A stretch of 47,477 nt of DNA from Minisyncoccota bacterium (GTDB lineage: Bacteria; Patescibacteriota; Minisyncoccia; Phycocordibacterales; UBA918): assembly GCA_041688155.1 (NCBI GenBank), contig JBDNIW010000015.1, forward strand, positions 1-47,477, written 5' to 3'. Numbering within the stretch: the first letter of the stretch is position 1; the number at the start of each line of letters is the position of its first letter. Below are positions 1 to 8,628 of the stretch, one piece after another. A model generated the notes under the pieces. It searched no databases. It was not told the DNA's origin and saw only the letters and a program-made list of their open reading frames with translations. The position numbers and the translations under genes were made by a program.

Positions 1-89
1 CCCCGACTCGACTGTTTTGTGCCCTAGGAAATGGGCACAAAACATGTCTCCGTCTCGGAAAACGGCCGTTTCTGACGCTGGTCAGAAAC
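1..89. repeat. Structured intergenic element, truncated by the window edge
   Basis: Hairpins tgttttgtgccc/gggcacaaaaca (13-44) and gtttctgac/gtcagaaac (68-89). No rpsS coding sequence directly follows rplB. Confidence 0.4.
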
Positions 90-135
90 TAAAACAAACA
101 AAACGCACCCATCTGGGTGCGTTTTGTTTGTTTTA
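90..135. terminator. Bidirectional intrinsic terminator after rplB
   Basis: Perfect inverted repeat taaaacaaacaaaacgcaccc-atct-gggtgcgttttgtttgtttta overlapping the rplB stop codon. Confidence 0.8.
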
Positions 136-996
136 CCGTTTTCCGCCCATAAGTGGGCCTGGTTTTCTTCTGGCTACTACTAGTTTGTTTGAGTACTTCT
201 TTGGTGATCGGGTCTTTTGACCTTTTCCGGTTGGTCGACCTTGCTTGGTTCGTTGTCGGCGGTGTCCGCGTGGTGACTTACCTTCACCTCCTCCGTGTGG
301 GTGGTCAACGGCGTTTTTGGCCGTTCCTCGCACCTTGGGTCGGAGTCCCATGTGTCGTGCTCGTCCGGCTTTCCCGATTGATACCAATCGGTATTCTTCG
401 TTTGATACTGAACCAACTGAGGCCCAGGCCGTCCGTTGAACTTTGCGGATTTCAGACGATGGCATTTTGAGCGTGGTGTGCGATGGGTCTTGGGCGACTA
501 CTTCAGCGTGGTTCCCAGCTGAACGCGCGAGGCGTGCTCCAGCTCCGGGGTTGATCTCAACGTTGTAGACATACGTTCCAACTGGAATCGCGTGTAGTGG
601 CAGTCGGTTACCGACTTTTACCTTGGCGGTTTCTGAAGTCACTACTTGGTCTCCAGCGGCTAGTTTTTGTGGTGCGAGCACGTATCGTCGTTCACCGTCG
701 GCGTAGCAGATGAGTGCTACAAACCCTGATCGGTTCGGGTCGTACTCAAGGGTCTCGACCGTGGCAGGCACGTCGTGCTTGTTGTACTTGAAATCGATCA
801 GACGGTAGGTTCGTTTGTTCCCGCCTCCACGGTAGTGCGTAGTGATGCGACCATCACTGTTGCGTCCACCAGTACTGCGCTTGCCTTTGGTCAATGACTT
901 GAGCGGGTTGCTTTTGGTTGACGTGAGTTTTTGCTTGTAGTCGATCACCGAACCGTCACGTCGACCGGCTGATGTTGGGTTATATTTCTTGATCAT
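133..996 (-). CDS. rplB: 50S ribosomal protein L2
   Basis: Motifs GGRNSDGRIT, EYDPNRS and NAVDHPHGGGEG. Confidence 0.99.
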   Translation of the reverse strand: MIKKYNPTSAGRRDGSVIDYKQKLTSTKSNPLKSLTKGKRSTGGRNSDGRITTHYRGGGNKRTYRLIDFKYNKHDVPATVETLEYDPNRSGFVALICYADGERRYVLAPQKLAAGDQVVTSETAKVKVGNRLPLHAIPVGTYVYNVEINPGAGARLARSAGNHAEVVAQDPSHTTLKMPSSEIRKVQRTAWASVGSVSNEEYRLVSIGKAGRARHMGLRPKVRGTAKNAVDHPHGGGEGKSPRGHRRQRTKQGRPTGKGQKTRSPKKYSNKLVVARRKPGPLMGGKR

Positions 997-1023
997 GATT
1001 GCGTTGGTTAGAAACTAGTGCCT

Positions 1024-1058
1024 CCCAACTGTGCGACGTGCGATGTCGCACAGTTGGG
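1024..1058. other. 14-bp perfect hairpin between rplW and rplB
   Basis: cccaactgtgcgac-gtgcgat-gtcgcacagttggg, with no U-tract in the mRNA (minus) sense. Confidence 0.6.
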
Positions 1059-1099
1059 GTTTGGTTTGGCTTATCTTCCTAACTAATAATAGTTCTGAG

Positions 1100-1477
1100 C
1101 TACACCAACTGGATGGTGTCGCCTTTCTTGAGGTACACGTAGGCTTTTTTCATTCCCTTGTGGTGCACCGTTTTGCCTGAGAATCCTTTGACTCGTTTGG
1201 CTGACTTTTTGGTTACGGTGTTGATTTTCACCGGCGTCACATTGTAGAGAGCTTTGATCGCGTCGCGAATCTGGAATTTGGTGGCGTTGGGTGCGACGAC
1301 AAATGTGTAGACATTGTGTTCACTCATGCCGACGGCTTTTTCCGTGATGCGCGGGTTCAAAATAACTGCGGCCAAGTTGCGGTCCGTCGCCAGTGGCGCT
1401 GGTCCAACTGGTTTGGTGGTTGTAGCCGGAGCTACGCTCTCCTCTTCTTTCACTTTTTTAGATCCAAAGAGGGCCAT
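1100..1477 (-). CDS. rplW: 50S ribosomal protein L23 with N-terminal extension
   Basis: Motifs PRITEKA, YTFVV, ATKFQIRDAI and KKAYVYL; lies between rplD and rplB. Confidence 0.97.
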   Translation of the reverse strand: MALFGSKKVKEEESVAPATTTKPVGPAPLATDRNLAAVILNPRITEKAVGMSEHNVYTFVVAPNATKFQIRDAIKALYNVTPVKINTVTKKSAKRVKGFSGKTVHHKGMKKAYVYLKKGDTIQLV

Positions 1478-1478
1478 G

Positions 1479-2162
1479 TTAGTTTGACTTAGGAGTAGTT
1501 ACCCCAACGCGTGTTTCGAATATTTCGACAGCGGCGACTGGGTTGGCAACTACAACGTATTTGTAAGTAAGCAGATCAACGGGGTTGATGTCTTTTGCTT
1601 GGGCGACTTCGATGTTCCCGAAGTTTCGGAAACTTTTTTCAATTGCTAGGTCTCGCTCGGCCAGTACGACTAGCGCTGCGTTTTTGCGTTTAGTTGCGAG
1701 CGTTGCGTTGCCTGAACCTTTGGCAAGCGCTGCGATAATGCCTTTGACGTCTTTGGTTTTTGGTGTGTCCATTGCGAGCGTTTCAACAAATATCACTTCG
1801 TTGTCGGCGAGCTTTTTAGACATTACGGTCGCAAAAGCTTTAGCTTTGACTTTTTTGTTGATTTTAACTGAGTAGTCTTTCTCTGATCGCGGACCAAAGG
1901 TAACTCCTCCACCGGTCCAGATTGGTGAGCGACGTGACCCGTGACGGGCTCGTCCAGTTCCTTTCTGTTTCCATGGCTTAGCGCCTCCTCCGCGTTTCTC
2001 TGATCGGTCTTTGGTGTGGGCGGTACTCTCGCGAGCGTTGGCCTGCATTCCAATGACGACTTCGTGCACGAGGTCTGCATTCCAGCTTACCCCAAACACT
2101 GATTCAGGGAGAGTGACCTCGCCTTTCTCAGTCCCTTCACTTGTATAGATGATTGATTTCAT
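1479..2162 (-). CDS. rplD: 50S ribosomal protein L4
   Basis: KPWKQKGTGRARHGSRRSPIWTGGGVTFGP. Confidence 0.99.
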   Translation of the reverse strand: MKSIIYTSEGTEKGEVTLPESVFGVSWNADLVHEVVIGMQANARESTAHTKDRSEKRGGGAKPWKQKGTGRARHGSRRSPIWTGGGVTFGPRSEKDYSVKINKKVKAKAFATVMSKKLADNEVIFVETLAMDTPKTKDVKGIIAALAKGSGNATLATKRKNAALVVLAERDLAIEKSFRNFGNIEVAQAKDINPVDLLTYKYVVVANPVAAVEIFETRVGVTTPKSN

Positions 2163-2172
2163 ATATCGGTGA

Positions 2173-2802
2173 TTATTTAGGTGTGCTGAACACTTCTACT
2201 AATGTACCCTTGCGGCCTGGTACAGCACCAGACACCACTAGGATGTTTTCGGCCACGTTGACCTGGAGCACTTTCAGGCCCTTGACCTGGATAGTGTCGT
2301 TCCCCATCCGGCCAGCCATCCGGGTCCCCTTGAGAACCCGGGCAATACCAGTAGCGCCAATTGACCCTGGTTCACGTTCAGAGTGCTTCTGACCATGTGA
2401 TCGTCGTCCCCCGGCAAATTTGTGTCGTTTGACGACACCCTGGAAGCCTTTTCCTTTTGAAGTGGCTGACACCGTCACGTCGTCGCCTGGCTCAAACACT
2501 GACGCGTCAAGCGCAGCGCCTTTCTCCAGACCAGCGATGGTTTCGCTTGAGTAGCCTTTACGCGCGCGGAATTCGCGAGCGTTGGCGATAGCTGAACCAA
2601 AGTGACCCTTGGCTGCCTTACTCACGCGGTGCTCTTTTTGGGTGCCAGATGCTAGTTGAATCGCATCGTACCCATCAATCTCAGTAGTTTTGACCTGCGA
2701 GATAATCGCCGGGGCAACTTTTAAGACCGTGGCAGCATGACATTTACCGTCTTCGGTAAAGACTTGCGTCATGCCAGTTTTGGTTCCGAGAATAAATTTC
2801 AT
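2173..2802 (-). CDS. rplC: 50S ribosomal protein L3
   Basis: MKFILGTKTGMTQVF, SKGKGFQGVVKRH and GAVPG; start refined to the ATG at 2802. Confidence 0.99.
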   Translation of the reverse strand: MKFILGTKTGMTQVFTEDGKCHAATVLKVAPAIISQVKTTEIDGYDAIQLASGTQKEHRVSKAAKGHFGSAIANAREFRARKGYSSETIAGLEKGAALDASVFEPGDDVTVSATSKGKGFQGVVKRHKFAGGRRSHGQKHSEREPGSIGATGIARVLKGTRMAGRMGNDTIQVKGLKVLQVNVAENILVVSGAVPGRKGTLVEVFSTPK

Positions 2803-3017
2803 TATTGTATGTATGAACCTACGAGCTAGCCCGCTACTCACGCTAGCTCTTTCTATTAAAACTGTAGACCCACACTATAAACCGCGCAATTACTTTTTTG
2901 CGAGCACAGCTCACACAAAAATAATTGCGCGGTTTGTGCCCAGTGGTCCACGATTGCTCGTGTACATAGGTCTTTAACAGCTACGGGAGAGTATACTGAT
3001 TCTGGGTTAAAAAGCAA
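2803..3017 (-). promoter_or_regulatory. rplC promoter and structured 5' leader
   Basis: TTGCTT-N16-TATACT (3017-2990); nested stems including a perfect 14-bp stem 2879-2892/2922-2935 and a hairpin at 2823-2849. Confidence 0.6.
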
Positions 3018-3059
3018 GAGTGTCCTAATAGATTGTGGAATGGATCGGAGTACAAACAC

Positions 3060-3248
3060 ATGGCACTGGTGAGAAAAACACCAAACCCAACAGCTTCCAA
3101 ACAGGGATGGAGAAGTGGATATCTCAGCGATGACTTGTCAAAGCTAAAATCTCAAGCCAAGGCAGGTGATCTAGACGCCCAAGCTCAACTACGGATGCTT
3201 AAAAGTATCGAGTTTCGAGTATTAACCACAAAACCACATCAGGGATGA
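3060..3248 (+). CDS. Small hypothetical protein (62 aa)
   Basis: ORF MALVRKTPNP...KPHQG in the rpsJ-rplC gap; no recognisable motif. Confidence 0.4.
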   Translation: MALVRKTPNPTASKQGWRSGYLSDDLSKLKSQAKAGDLDAQAQLRMLKSIEFRVLTTKPHQG

Positions 3249-3301
3249 TGCAGTTTTTATTTGCTGATTTTTGTATAACTGTCTTTTATTTACTATATCT
3301 A

Positions 3302-3658
3302 TTATCCCCTATCTGGTCCAGTGCCGCTTCCAGGTCCTTCCTCAGAGTTTGGGTTACAAACACCAGTACCGCTTTCACCTCCACCAAAACTAGTACCCGG
3401 TGGACATCTTGGTGCTGCTGGAGCTGGAGCAGGTGCAGTAGCAGGTGGAGTCCACGACGGGTCGTAGAAACAAGTATACCAGTCTCCTCCTAAGCTACCC
3501 ATTCTAGCGAACATTGTTCTACGGAAACCAGCCGGACAACTGATCGATGGATCGTTACCCTCACAAAGCGACTGCGGGACCGAATCCAAAGTCAATCTAA
3601 GGCCACACCAGGTTCCAGAAGGTAATTCAGACCCACCACCACCTGCTCCACGCCTGGG
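3302..3658 (-). pseudogene. Headless Cys-rich C-terminal cassette of a surface-protein family
   Basis: The frame is open from an in-frame TAA (3659-3661): PRRGAGGGGSELPSGTWCGLRLTLDSVPQSLCEG...CPAGF...WYTCF...; it starts at a Gly linker and has no ATG or signal peptide before the domain. Confidence 0.55.
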
Positions 3659-3673
3659 TTATACCCAATACAA

Positions 3674-3704
3674 AAACCGCCAGCGGTTATAGCTTTGGCG
3701 GTTT
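3674..3704 (-). terminator. Intrinsic terminator
   Basis: Stem aaaccgcca/tggcggttt with a U-tract on the minus strand. Confidence 0.6.
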
Positions 3705-3748
3705 GGGTTTTTGGGTTAAGCTAGTAATCAATTCCTGCTCTAATCGCG

Positions 3749-3874
3749 CTAGGCGATAATCGGTGCTAATTGCATGTAAGCCAACATACCTATAGTGGCG
3801 AGGCTTAAGCAATGAACGAGCCAGGTATTCTCACTGGCAAATTGATCCGTGCTTTGTAATGGAGATTTTTCCAT
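3749..3874 (-). CDS. Putative 41-aa peptide with hydrophobic C-terminal half
   Basis: Manual translation MEKSPLQSTDQFASENTWLVHCLSLATIGMLAYMQLAPIIA*, followed by the terminator at 3674-3704. Confidence 0.35.
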   Translation of the reverse strand: MEKSPLQSTDQFASENTWLVHCLSLATIGMLAYMQLAPIIA

Positions 3875-4093
3875 AAGACATTAAGTTAAACGAACTAACA
3901 AGGTACTGACGCATCCACTTACTAATGCTGTGGCCGCCGCTTGGTTGTGCTTCTAATTTAGTTTGGTTATTCTGGTGAGAGTTCCCAAATCTGACAAACT
4001 GAGAAAGCCGCCAGAGTAATATCTGGCGGCCTCCCGTTTGCTTATATACATAATGCCACCAATACAAACAAGTGCAATACCCTACTGGGGATA

Positions 4094-4126
4094 ACACAAA
4101 ACCGACCCAGAGGGTCGGTTTTGTGT
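4094..4126 (-). terminator. Terminator downstream of rpsJ
   Basis: acacaaaaccgaccc-aga-gggtcggttttgtgt. Confidence 0.8.
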
Positions 4127-4139
4127 AAGCACAGACTTT

Positions 4140-4262
4140 CATTCTTTCATAAATCGAATGAAATACGAGGCGTGCCAGGAATCAAACATGAGGCGTACGT
4201 TGGTACGTTGAAGGTTTTATTCCGCCAGCACAACGAAGTAGTTCGTCGATTTTGGAAGAATG
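4140..4262 (-). repeat. Structured post-stop element, copy 1 (after rpsJ)
   Basis: Cores atacgaggcgtgccag (4163-4178) and ccagcacaacgaagtag (4225-4241) are identical to those of copy 2; an imperfect outer inverted repeat is present. Confidence 0.75.
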
Positions 4263-4263
4263 G

Positions 4264-4608
4264 TTACATCATCTTCACGTCGATGTTGACTCCCGACGGT
4301 AGTGAGAGGTTTGTCAGAGCCTCGACTACTTTTGGACTCGGATTGAGAATGTCGATGACCCGTTTATGGGTTCGCATCTCAAATTGTTCTCGCGCGTCCT
4401 TGTGCACGAAGGTTGACCGGTTGACGGTGTATTTCTTGATTTCGGTCGGCAGTGGAATCGGTCCAACTACCGTAGCGTCAAACCGCATCGCGGTGTCGAT
4501 AATCTGCTTGGTACTGGTGTCGAGAATTTTGTGCTCGTACGCCCGCACTCGGATACGCAGCTTATTGATTACGCTAGCGTCGGTTTTTGATGTAGTGTCT
4601 GTAGCCAT
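4264..4608 (-). CDS. rpsJ: 30S ribosomal protein S10
   Basis: [17 protein letters not shown] and [11 protein letters not shown]. Confidence 0.99.
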   Translation of the reverse strand: MATDTTSKTDASVINKLRIRVRAYEHKILDTSTKQIIDTAMRFDATVVGPIPLPTEIKKYTVNRSTFVHKDAREQFEMRTHKRVIDILNPSPKVVEALTNLSLPSGVNIDVKMM

Positions 4609-4646
4609 AGTGATTGATTATCTAAGTACTCTCTCTCCTCTTAACT

Positions 4647-4737
4647 CTAACAATTTTACAACTGCCTGAGATACGAGGCGTGCCAGTATTTAGGTACCAG
4701 CACAACGAAGTAGATTGAGTAGTTTTAGAATTGTTAG
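4647..4737 (-). repeat. Structured post-stop element, copy 2 (after tuf)
   Basis: Cores at 4671-4686 and 4697-4713; outer stem ctaacaatt/aattgttag includes the tuf stop codon. Confidence 0.75.
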
Positions 4738-5924
4738 GCAACAATTTTGGTTACCACACCAGCACCGACAGTCTTACCTCCCTCACGAATCGCAAAGTTC
4801 GCTTGATCCTCGAGCGCAACTGGCGCTACTAGTTTAATCTTGAACGTTGCGGTGTCGCCTGGCATAACCATTTCAGTTCCTTCGGCTAGCGTCACATCTC
4901 CCGTTACGTCAGTAGTTCGGATGTAGAACTGTGGTTTGTAGCCTGAGAAGAATGGCGTGTGTCGTCCACCTTCGTCTTTTGATAGGACGTATACTTCAGC
5001 TTCAAATTCTGTGTGCGGAGTGATTGAACCCTTGGCAGCGAGAACTTGGCCACGGTGTACGTCTTCTTTTTTGGTTCCTCGGAGCAGGATACCGGCGTTG
5101 TCGCCCGCTTGCGCTTGGTCGAGTTGCTTGTTGAACATTTCAACTCCAGTTACGGTAGTTAGTTTCGTGTCAGTGATACCGACGATTTCGATTTCTTCAC
5201 CAACTTTCACTACTCCTCGTTCTACTCGTCCAGTAACTACTGTTCCGCGTCCTTCAATTGAGAAGATGTCCTCGATTGGCATCAGAAATGGCTTGTCGAG
5301 TTCTCGAACGGGGGTTGGGAAGTAAGCGTCCATCGCATCGACGAGCTCGATGATTTTGGCTTGCCACGTAGCGTCACCTTCGAGCGCTTTCAGGGCTGAC
5401 CCGTGGATGATAGGTGCGCCTTCACCATCGTAACCGGCTTTGGTGAGGTCCTCTCGTAGTTCTTCTTCCACGAGCATGATCATTTCTTCGTCGTCTACCA
5501 TGTCGCACTTGTTGAGGAATACGAGCATTTTAGGAACTCCAACTTGCTTTGCAAGTAGGATGTGTTCTTTGGTCTGGGGCATTGCTCCATCGGTTGCAGC
5601 TACTACAAGTACCGCACCGTCCATCTGAGCGGCACCAGTAATCATGTTTTTGATGTAGTCGGCGTGACCAGGCGCATCGATGTGTGCGTAGTGTCGGACG
5701 GGAGATTCGTATTCAGAGTGTGAAAGCGAAATAGTAATACCGCGGGCCTTTTCTTCGGGAGCCTTGTCAATTTCACTGACGTCTTTTACGTTGGCTGTAT
5801 ACCCTTCTCCCTTGGCGTTCAAGGTAGTGAGGATAGCCGCAGTTAGGGTAGTTTTACCATGGTCGACGTGACCAATAGTACCTACGTTGATGTGCTCTTT
5901 TGAGCGATCAAATGCATTTGCCAT
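4734..5924 (-). CDS. tuf: Elongation factor Tu
   Basis: [17 protein letters not shown] and NKCD; start refined to MANAF. Confidence 0.99.
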   Translation of the reverse strand: MANAFDRSKEHINVGTIGHVDHGKTTLTAAILTTLNAKGEGYTANVKDVSEIDKAPEEKARGITISLSHSEYESPVRHYAHIDAPGHADYIKNMITGAAQMDGAVLVVAATDGAMPQTKEHILLAKQVGVPKMLVFLNKCDMVDDEEMIMLVEEELREDLTKAGYDGEGAPIIHGSALKALEGDATWQAKIIELVDAMDAYFPTPVRELDKPFLMPIEDIFSIEGRGTVVTGRVERGVVKVGEEIEIVGITDTKLTTVTGVEMFNKQLDQAQAGDNAGILLRGTKKEDVHRGQVLAAKGSITPHTEFEAEVYVLSKDEGGRHTPFFSGYKPQFYIRTTDVTGDVTLAEGTEMVMPGDTATFKIKLVAPVALEDQANFAIREGGKTVGAGVVTKIVA

Positions 5925-6138
5925 AATAATACTGATTAGTATTGAATAATAAGGGTTACCGCACACAATCGCTCATTAAAAAGCGTGAGCTCTTGTATTG
6001 ACACATACTACGGCGCGAGAACGCTGCGTTGTAAGTACCAACCAAGAAACGTGTGAAAGAGCAGTATATATTCGCTCCACAAACAGAGACTCTGTTATGC
6101 GGTCCGGCTATCGTACCAGAGGAGGATTTTTTTGCAAG

Positions 6139-6167
6139 AAAAACCCCAGGCAATGCCTGGGGTTTTT
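6139..6167. terminator. Intrinsic terminator
   Basis: aaaaaccccaggc-aat-gcctggggttttt. Confidence 0.75.
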
Positions 6168-6187
6168 GTTTCACCTTGAGTCATTTA

Positions 6188-6913
6188 TTAACGACAACTT
6201 CCGTAGTTCACTGAACAACCTTGAGTTCCCCCAGCTGGACGAGTCCCTGCATTACAGTTGCTGTCAGCTACAGTGGTGTTTGAGACAGTGTCTTGACAAG
6301 TGACCGTTCTAGTTCGAGTTCCACTACTGTTTCCACAACTTTGATATCGAGCTGAACATCCTCCTATTGCTACTCTCCACGCGTAGTTATTCGTTGCTGG
6401 ATAATTTCCTACAGTGGCTGCAATGGGAGCACACAACATATCAATCTTTCTGGTTGGACCTGTGTTGTATGAACATGAACCTGGGCAACCATGGATAGTC
6501 TGAATACGAAGGCCTACTAACACCTCTCCAGCTGGGCAAATTTGTTCAAAGTTGCTGTTGGAACCAAGGTCAGCCCCATCTACCCATTGAGCAGGACTGG
6601 CTGTACCACTAGGCGTATTCGTACCGGTACTAGTGCCAGTGTTTACATCAGCAATATCAATACAATTATTTCCATCAAAGTCACAATACAGATCCGACCG
6701 TACTCTATCGCCTGCCAACAAATCGATTGCTCCTAGGTTGCCAGCTTTGAGCTGATAATCTCCACCGATGTTAATCGGTGCGGTAGCGTTGTTGCCAGTT
6801 GGCGCGGCCGTTGGATTAGCCCACTGGCCGTAGGCAAAATTAGCTACGAGCGCTATGGTCAGGGCGATGGTGAGTAGACCGATTTGTTTGCTAGTTTGGA
6901 TGATGGTGTTCAT
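6188..6913 (-). CDS. Modular secreted/surface protein with C-terminal thrombospondin type-1-like domain
   Basis: Signal peptide; WANPTAAPTGNNATAPINIG and YCDFDGNNC segments; CPAGEVLVG domain; W..CS..SCG..GTRTRTVTC..VADSNC..RP..QGC tail. Confidence 0.75.
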   Translation of the reverse strand: MNTIIQTSKQIGLLTIALTIALVANFAYGQWANPTAAPTGNNATAPINIGGDYQLKAGNLGAIDLLAGDRVRSDLYCDFDGNNCIDIADVNTGTSTGTNTPSGTASPAQWVDGADLGSNSNFEQICPAGEVLVGLRIQTIHGCPGSCSYNTGPTRKIDMLCAPIAATVGNYPATNNYAWRVAIGGCSARYQSCGNSSGTRTRTVTCQDTVSNTTVADSNCNAGTRPAGGTQGCSVNYGSCR

Positions 6914-6935
6914 AATAGTGGTAGTTAAGGACTAA

Positions 6936-7253
6936 TTATTCAGCGGCTTGTAAGCGGGCGGTTAGCTCGGCCGTCTCTTCGGGGGTGCGGTCATCGGTAC
7001 CGCGGACACTTTCCAGGCGTTGGGTTAGTTCGGCCATCTCTTCAGGACTCCGCTCTGGTGTCTCGATGCTGCGCAATCGTTCAGTCAGGGCTTCGATATC
7101 ACGCTCTGGCTCAGCTGCTACTTGCGTTTCTGGTTCAACGTAATTCATAGTCTCGCTTGAGAGCGTGGTCAGATATAAATAATACATGACGCCGGCTAGA
7201 ATCAGGGCGATAAGCGTTGCTACCAGGAGGGTGAGATGTTTTGAGTGTCGCAT
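6936..7253 (-). CDS. Hypothetical single-pass membrane protein with 3 short helical repeats
   Basis: N-terminal TM; repeats EALTERLRSI / AELTQRLESV / AELTARLQAA. Confidence 0.8.
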   Translation of the reverse strand: MRHSKHLTLLVATLIALILAGVMYYLYLTTLSSETMNYVEPETQVAAEPERDIEALTERLRSIETPERSPEEMAELTQRLESVRGTDDRTPEETAELTARLQAAE

Positions 7254-7265
7254 AGTGTGGTGATG

Positions 7266-8513
7266 TTAAATTTCTTGGAAGGTCGGGATGACTTCGACCA
7301 GGTGTCTCTCAGTGTACGTGTCTGCCCCGACTACACAGCTGACTTCAAACCGACCGGCGTTTTGGAGGGCGGCTGAAGTGGCGCTGTTGGTCGCAGTGGC
7401 TGGACTACCCTGATCGCCGGCTACCACTGCCGTTGTATTGATCCCTGGACCACGCACGGTACAGGTCACTGGGTAGGGGGCTGACACACTCCAGCTGATC
7501 AGTGCGGTGTCGCCTGCTCTGACCGCTACTGGACCGGTGATTGATATAGTCGGAGCAGGCATGGCGAGGGTGAGGCTGGTGGTAAAGACGTTGGTTTCGT
7601 TAGTCTCAGGTACGGTACCTGGTTCCGGCATGTCGACCGCCAGAACCAGTGGATCAGTGGTGTTAAATGGCACGCCAGATAACCGTAGAGCTGGACTAAA
7701 GTTTGGTCCTGATGCCGTACCAGTAACTGTACCCGACTGGGTCAGAGCTCCAAGACTCAAGTCATACGACACAGTGTCACCCTCGGGAATACCAACCACA
7801 TCAGCCAAGAACGCGACGTTATAGAGTCCACCAGCATCAGGGACACCAGGGGTACTATTCATACCATTGATGACTATGTCTGTTTGTGTCCGCAGTGTGA
7901 CAGGGATAACTGTGCCGTTCACACTTGGAGAAAAGTCAATCCAACCCATGGTGTTTGGTCCACCCCAGGCGTATGAATTGGCGTTGTTGTCAGCGCTGCC
8001 GTTGGTAAACGACACCTCGTAACCACCGCTAGCGCTACCAGCAAGAGCAATCCAGCCATCCCAGCCACCAGCGTTGATGTTGGTACCACCAGAACAAGCG
8101 GCTGGGTTGCTGGCCCCAGCACACGCTCGCGCCCAGCCGACAAGGTCGAGGTTCGGGTAGGTGCCCACGGCGGTGGCGCTTTGGTCAGCAACGCCGGTCC
8201 CGGTGGGGTAACCGGTCAATCCACCAAATCTGATCCAACCAGCAATACTGGACCAAGCATACCCAGACATCGAGCCATCTGGCTCAATCTGTACGTTGTA
8301 GTCTACTTTCGGTCCAGGACCGGTCGATCCAACACAAGTACTTCCGCCTCCGCCAGCAGACTGGTCACAGTTCATCGATATCCACCCGGTCGTGGCTGAC
8401 CACGCGTAGCCGTCTAGTTCAACCGGGACGGTAAGGCCAGTGGCGTCGACTGTGGCCGGACCAGCAAAAGCTGCAGTGAGTAATAAGGCAAAGACAAAAA
8501 TATATTTTTTCAT
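7266..8513 (-). CDS. Secreted protein with GYAWS...GWI repeats and C-terminal Ig-like region
   Basis: Signal peptide MKKYIFVFALLL; repeats GYAWSATTGWIS, GYAWSSIAGWIR, GGWDGWIAL and SYAWGGPNTMGWID; ends in VEVIPTFQEI. Confidence 0.85.
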   Translation of the reverse strand: MKKYIFVFALLLTAAFAGPATVDATGLTVPVELDGYAWSATTGWISMNCDQSAGGGGSTCVGSTGPGPKVDYNVQIEPDGSMSGYAWSSIAGWIRFGGLTGYPTGTGVADQSATAVGTYPNLDLVGWARACAGASNPAACSGGTNINAGGWDGWIALAGSASGGYEVSFTNGSADNNANSYAWGGPNTMGWIDFSPSVNGTVIPVTLRTQTDIVINGMNSTPGVPDAGGLYNVAFLADVVGIPEGDTVSYDLSLGALTQSGTVTGTASGPNFSPALRLSGVPFNTTDPLVLAVDMPEPGTVPETNETNVFTTSLTLAMPAPTISITGPVAVRAGDTALISWSVSAPYPVTCTVRGPGINTTAVVAGDQGSPATATNSATSAALQNAGRFEVSCVVGADTYTERHLVEVIPTFQEI

Positions 8514-8559
8514 ACGTGTACCTATATAGTAGCAAGTACAACTGGTGATAGTGGAGTTT

Positions 8560-8608
8560 GTACACAAAGCAAGAACGGCCGCGTAGCGGCCGTTCTTGCT
8601 TTGTGTAC
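8560..8608. terminator. Terminator after fusA
   Basis: 23-bp perfect stem gtacacaaagcaagaacggccgc-gta-gcggccgttcttgctttgtgtac. Confidence 0.8.
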
Positions 8609-8628
8609 ACTACTACCTGCTTGTACGT

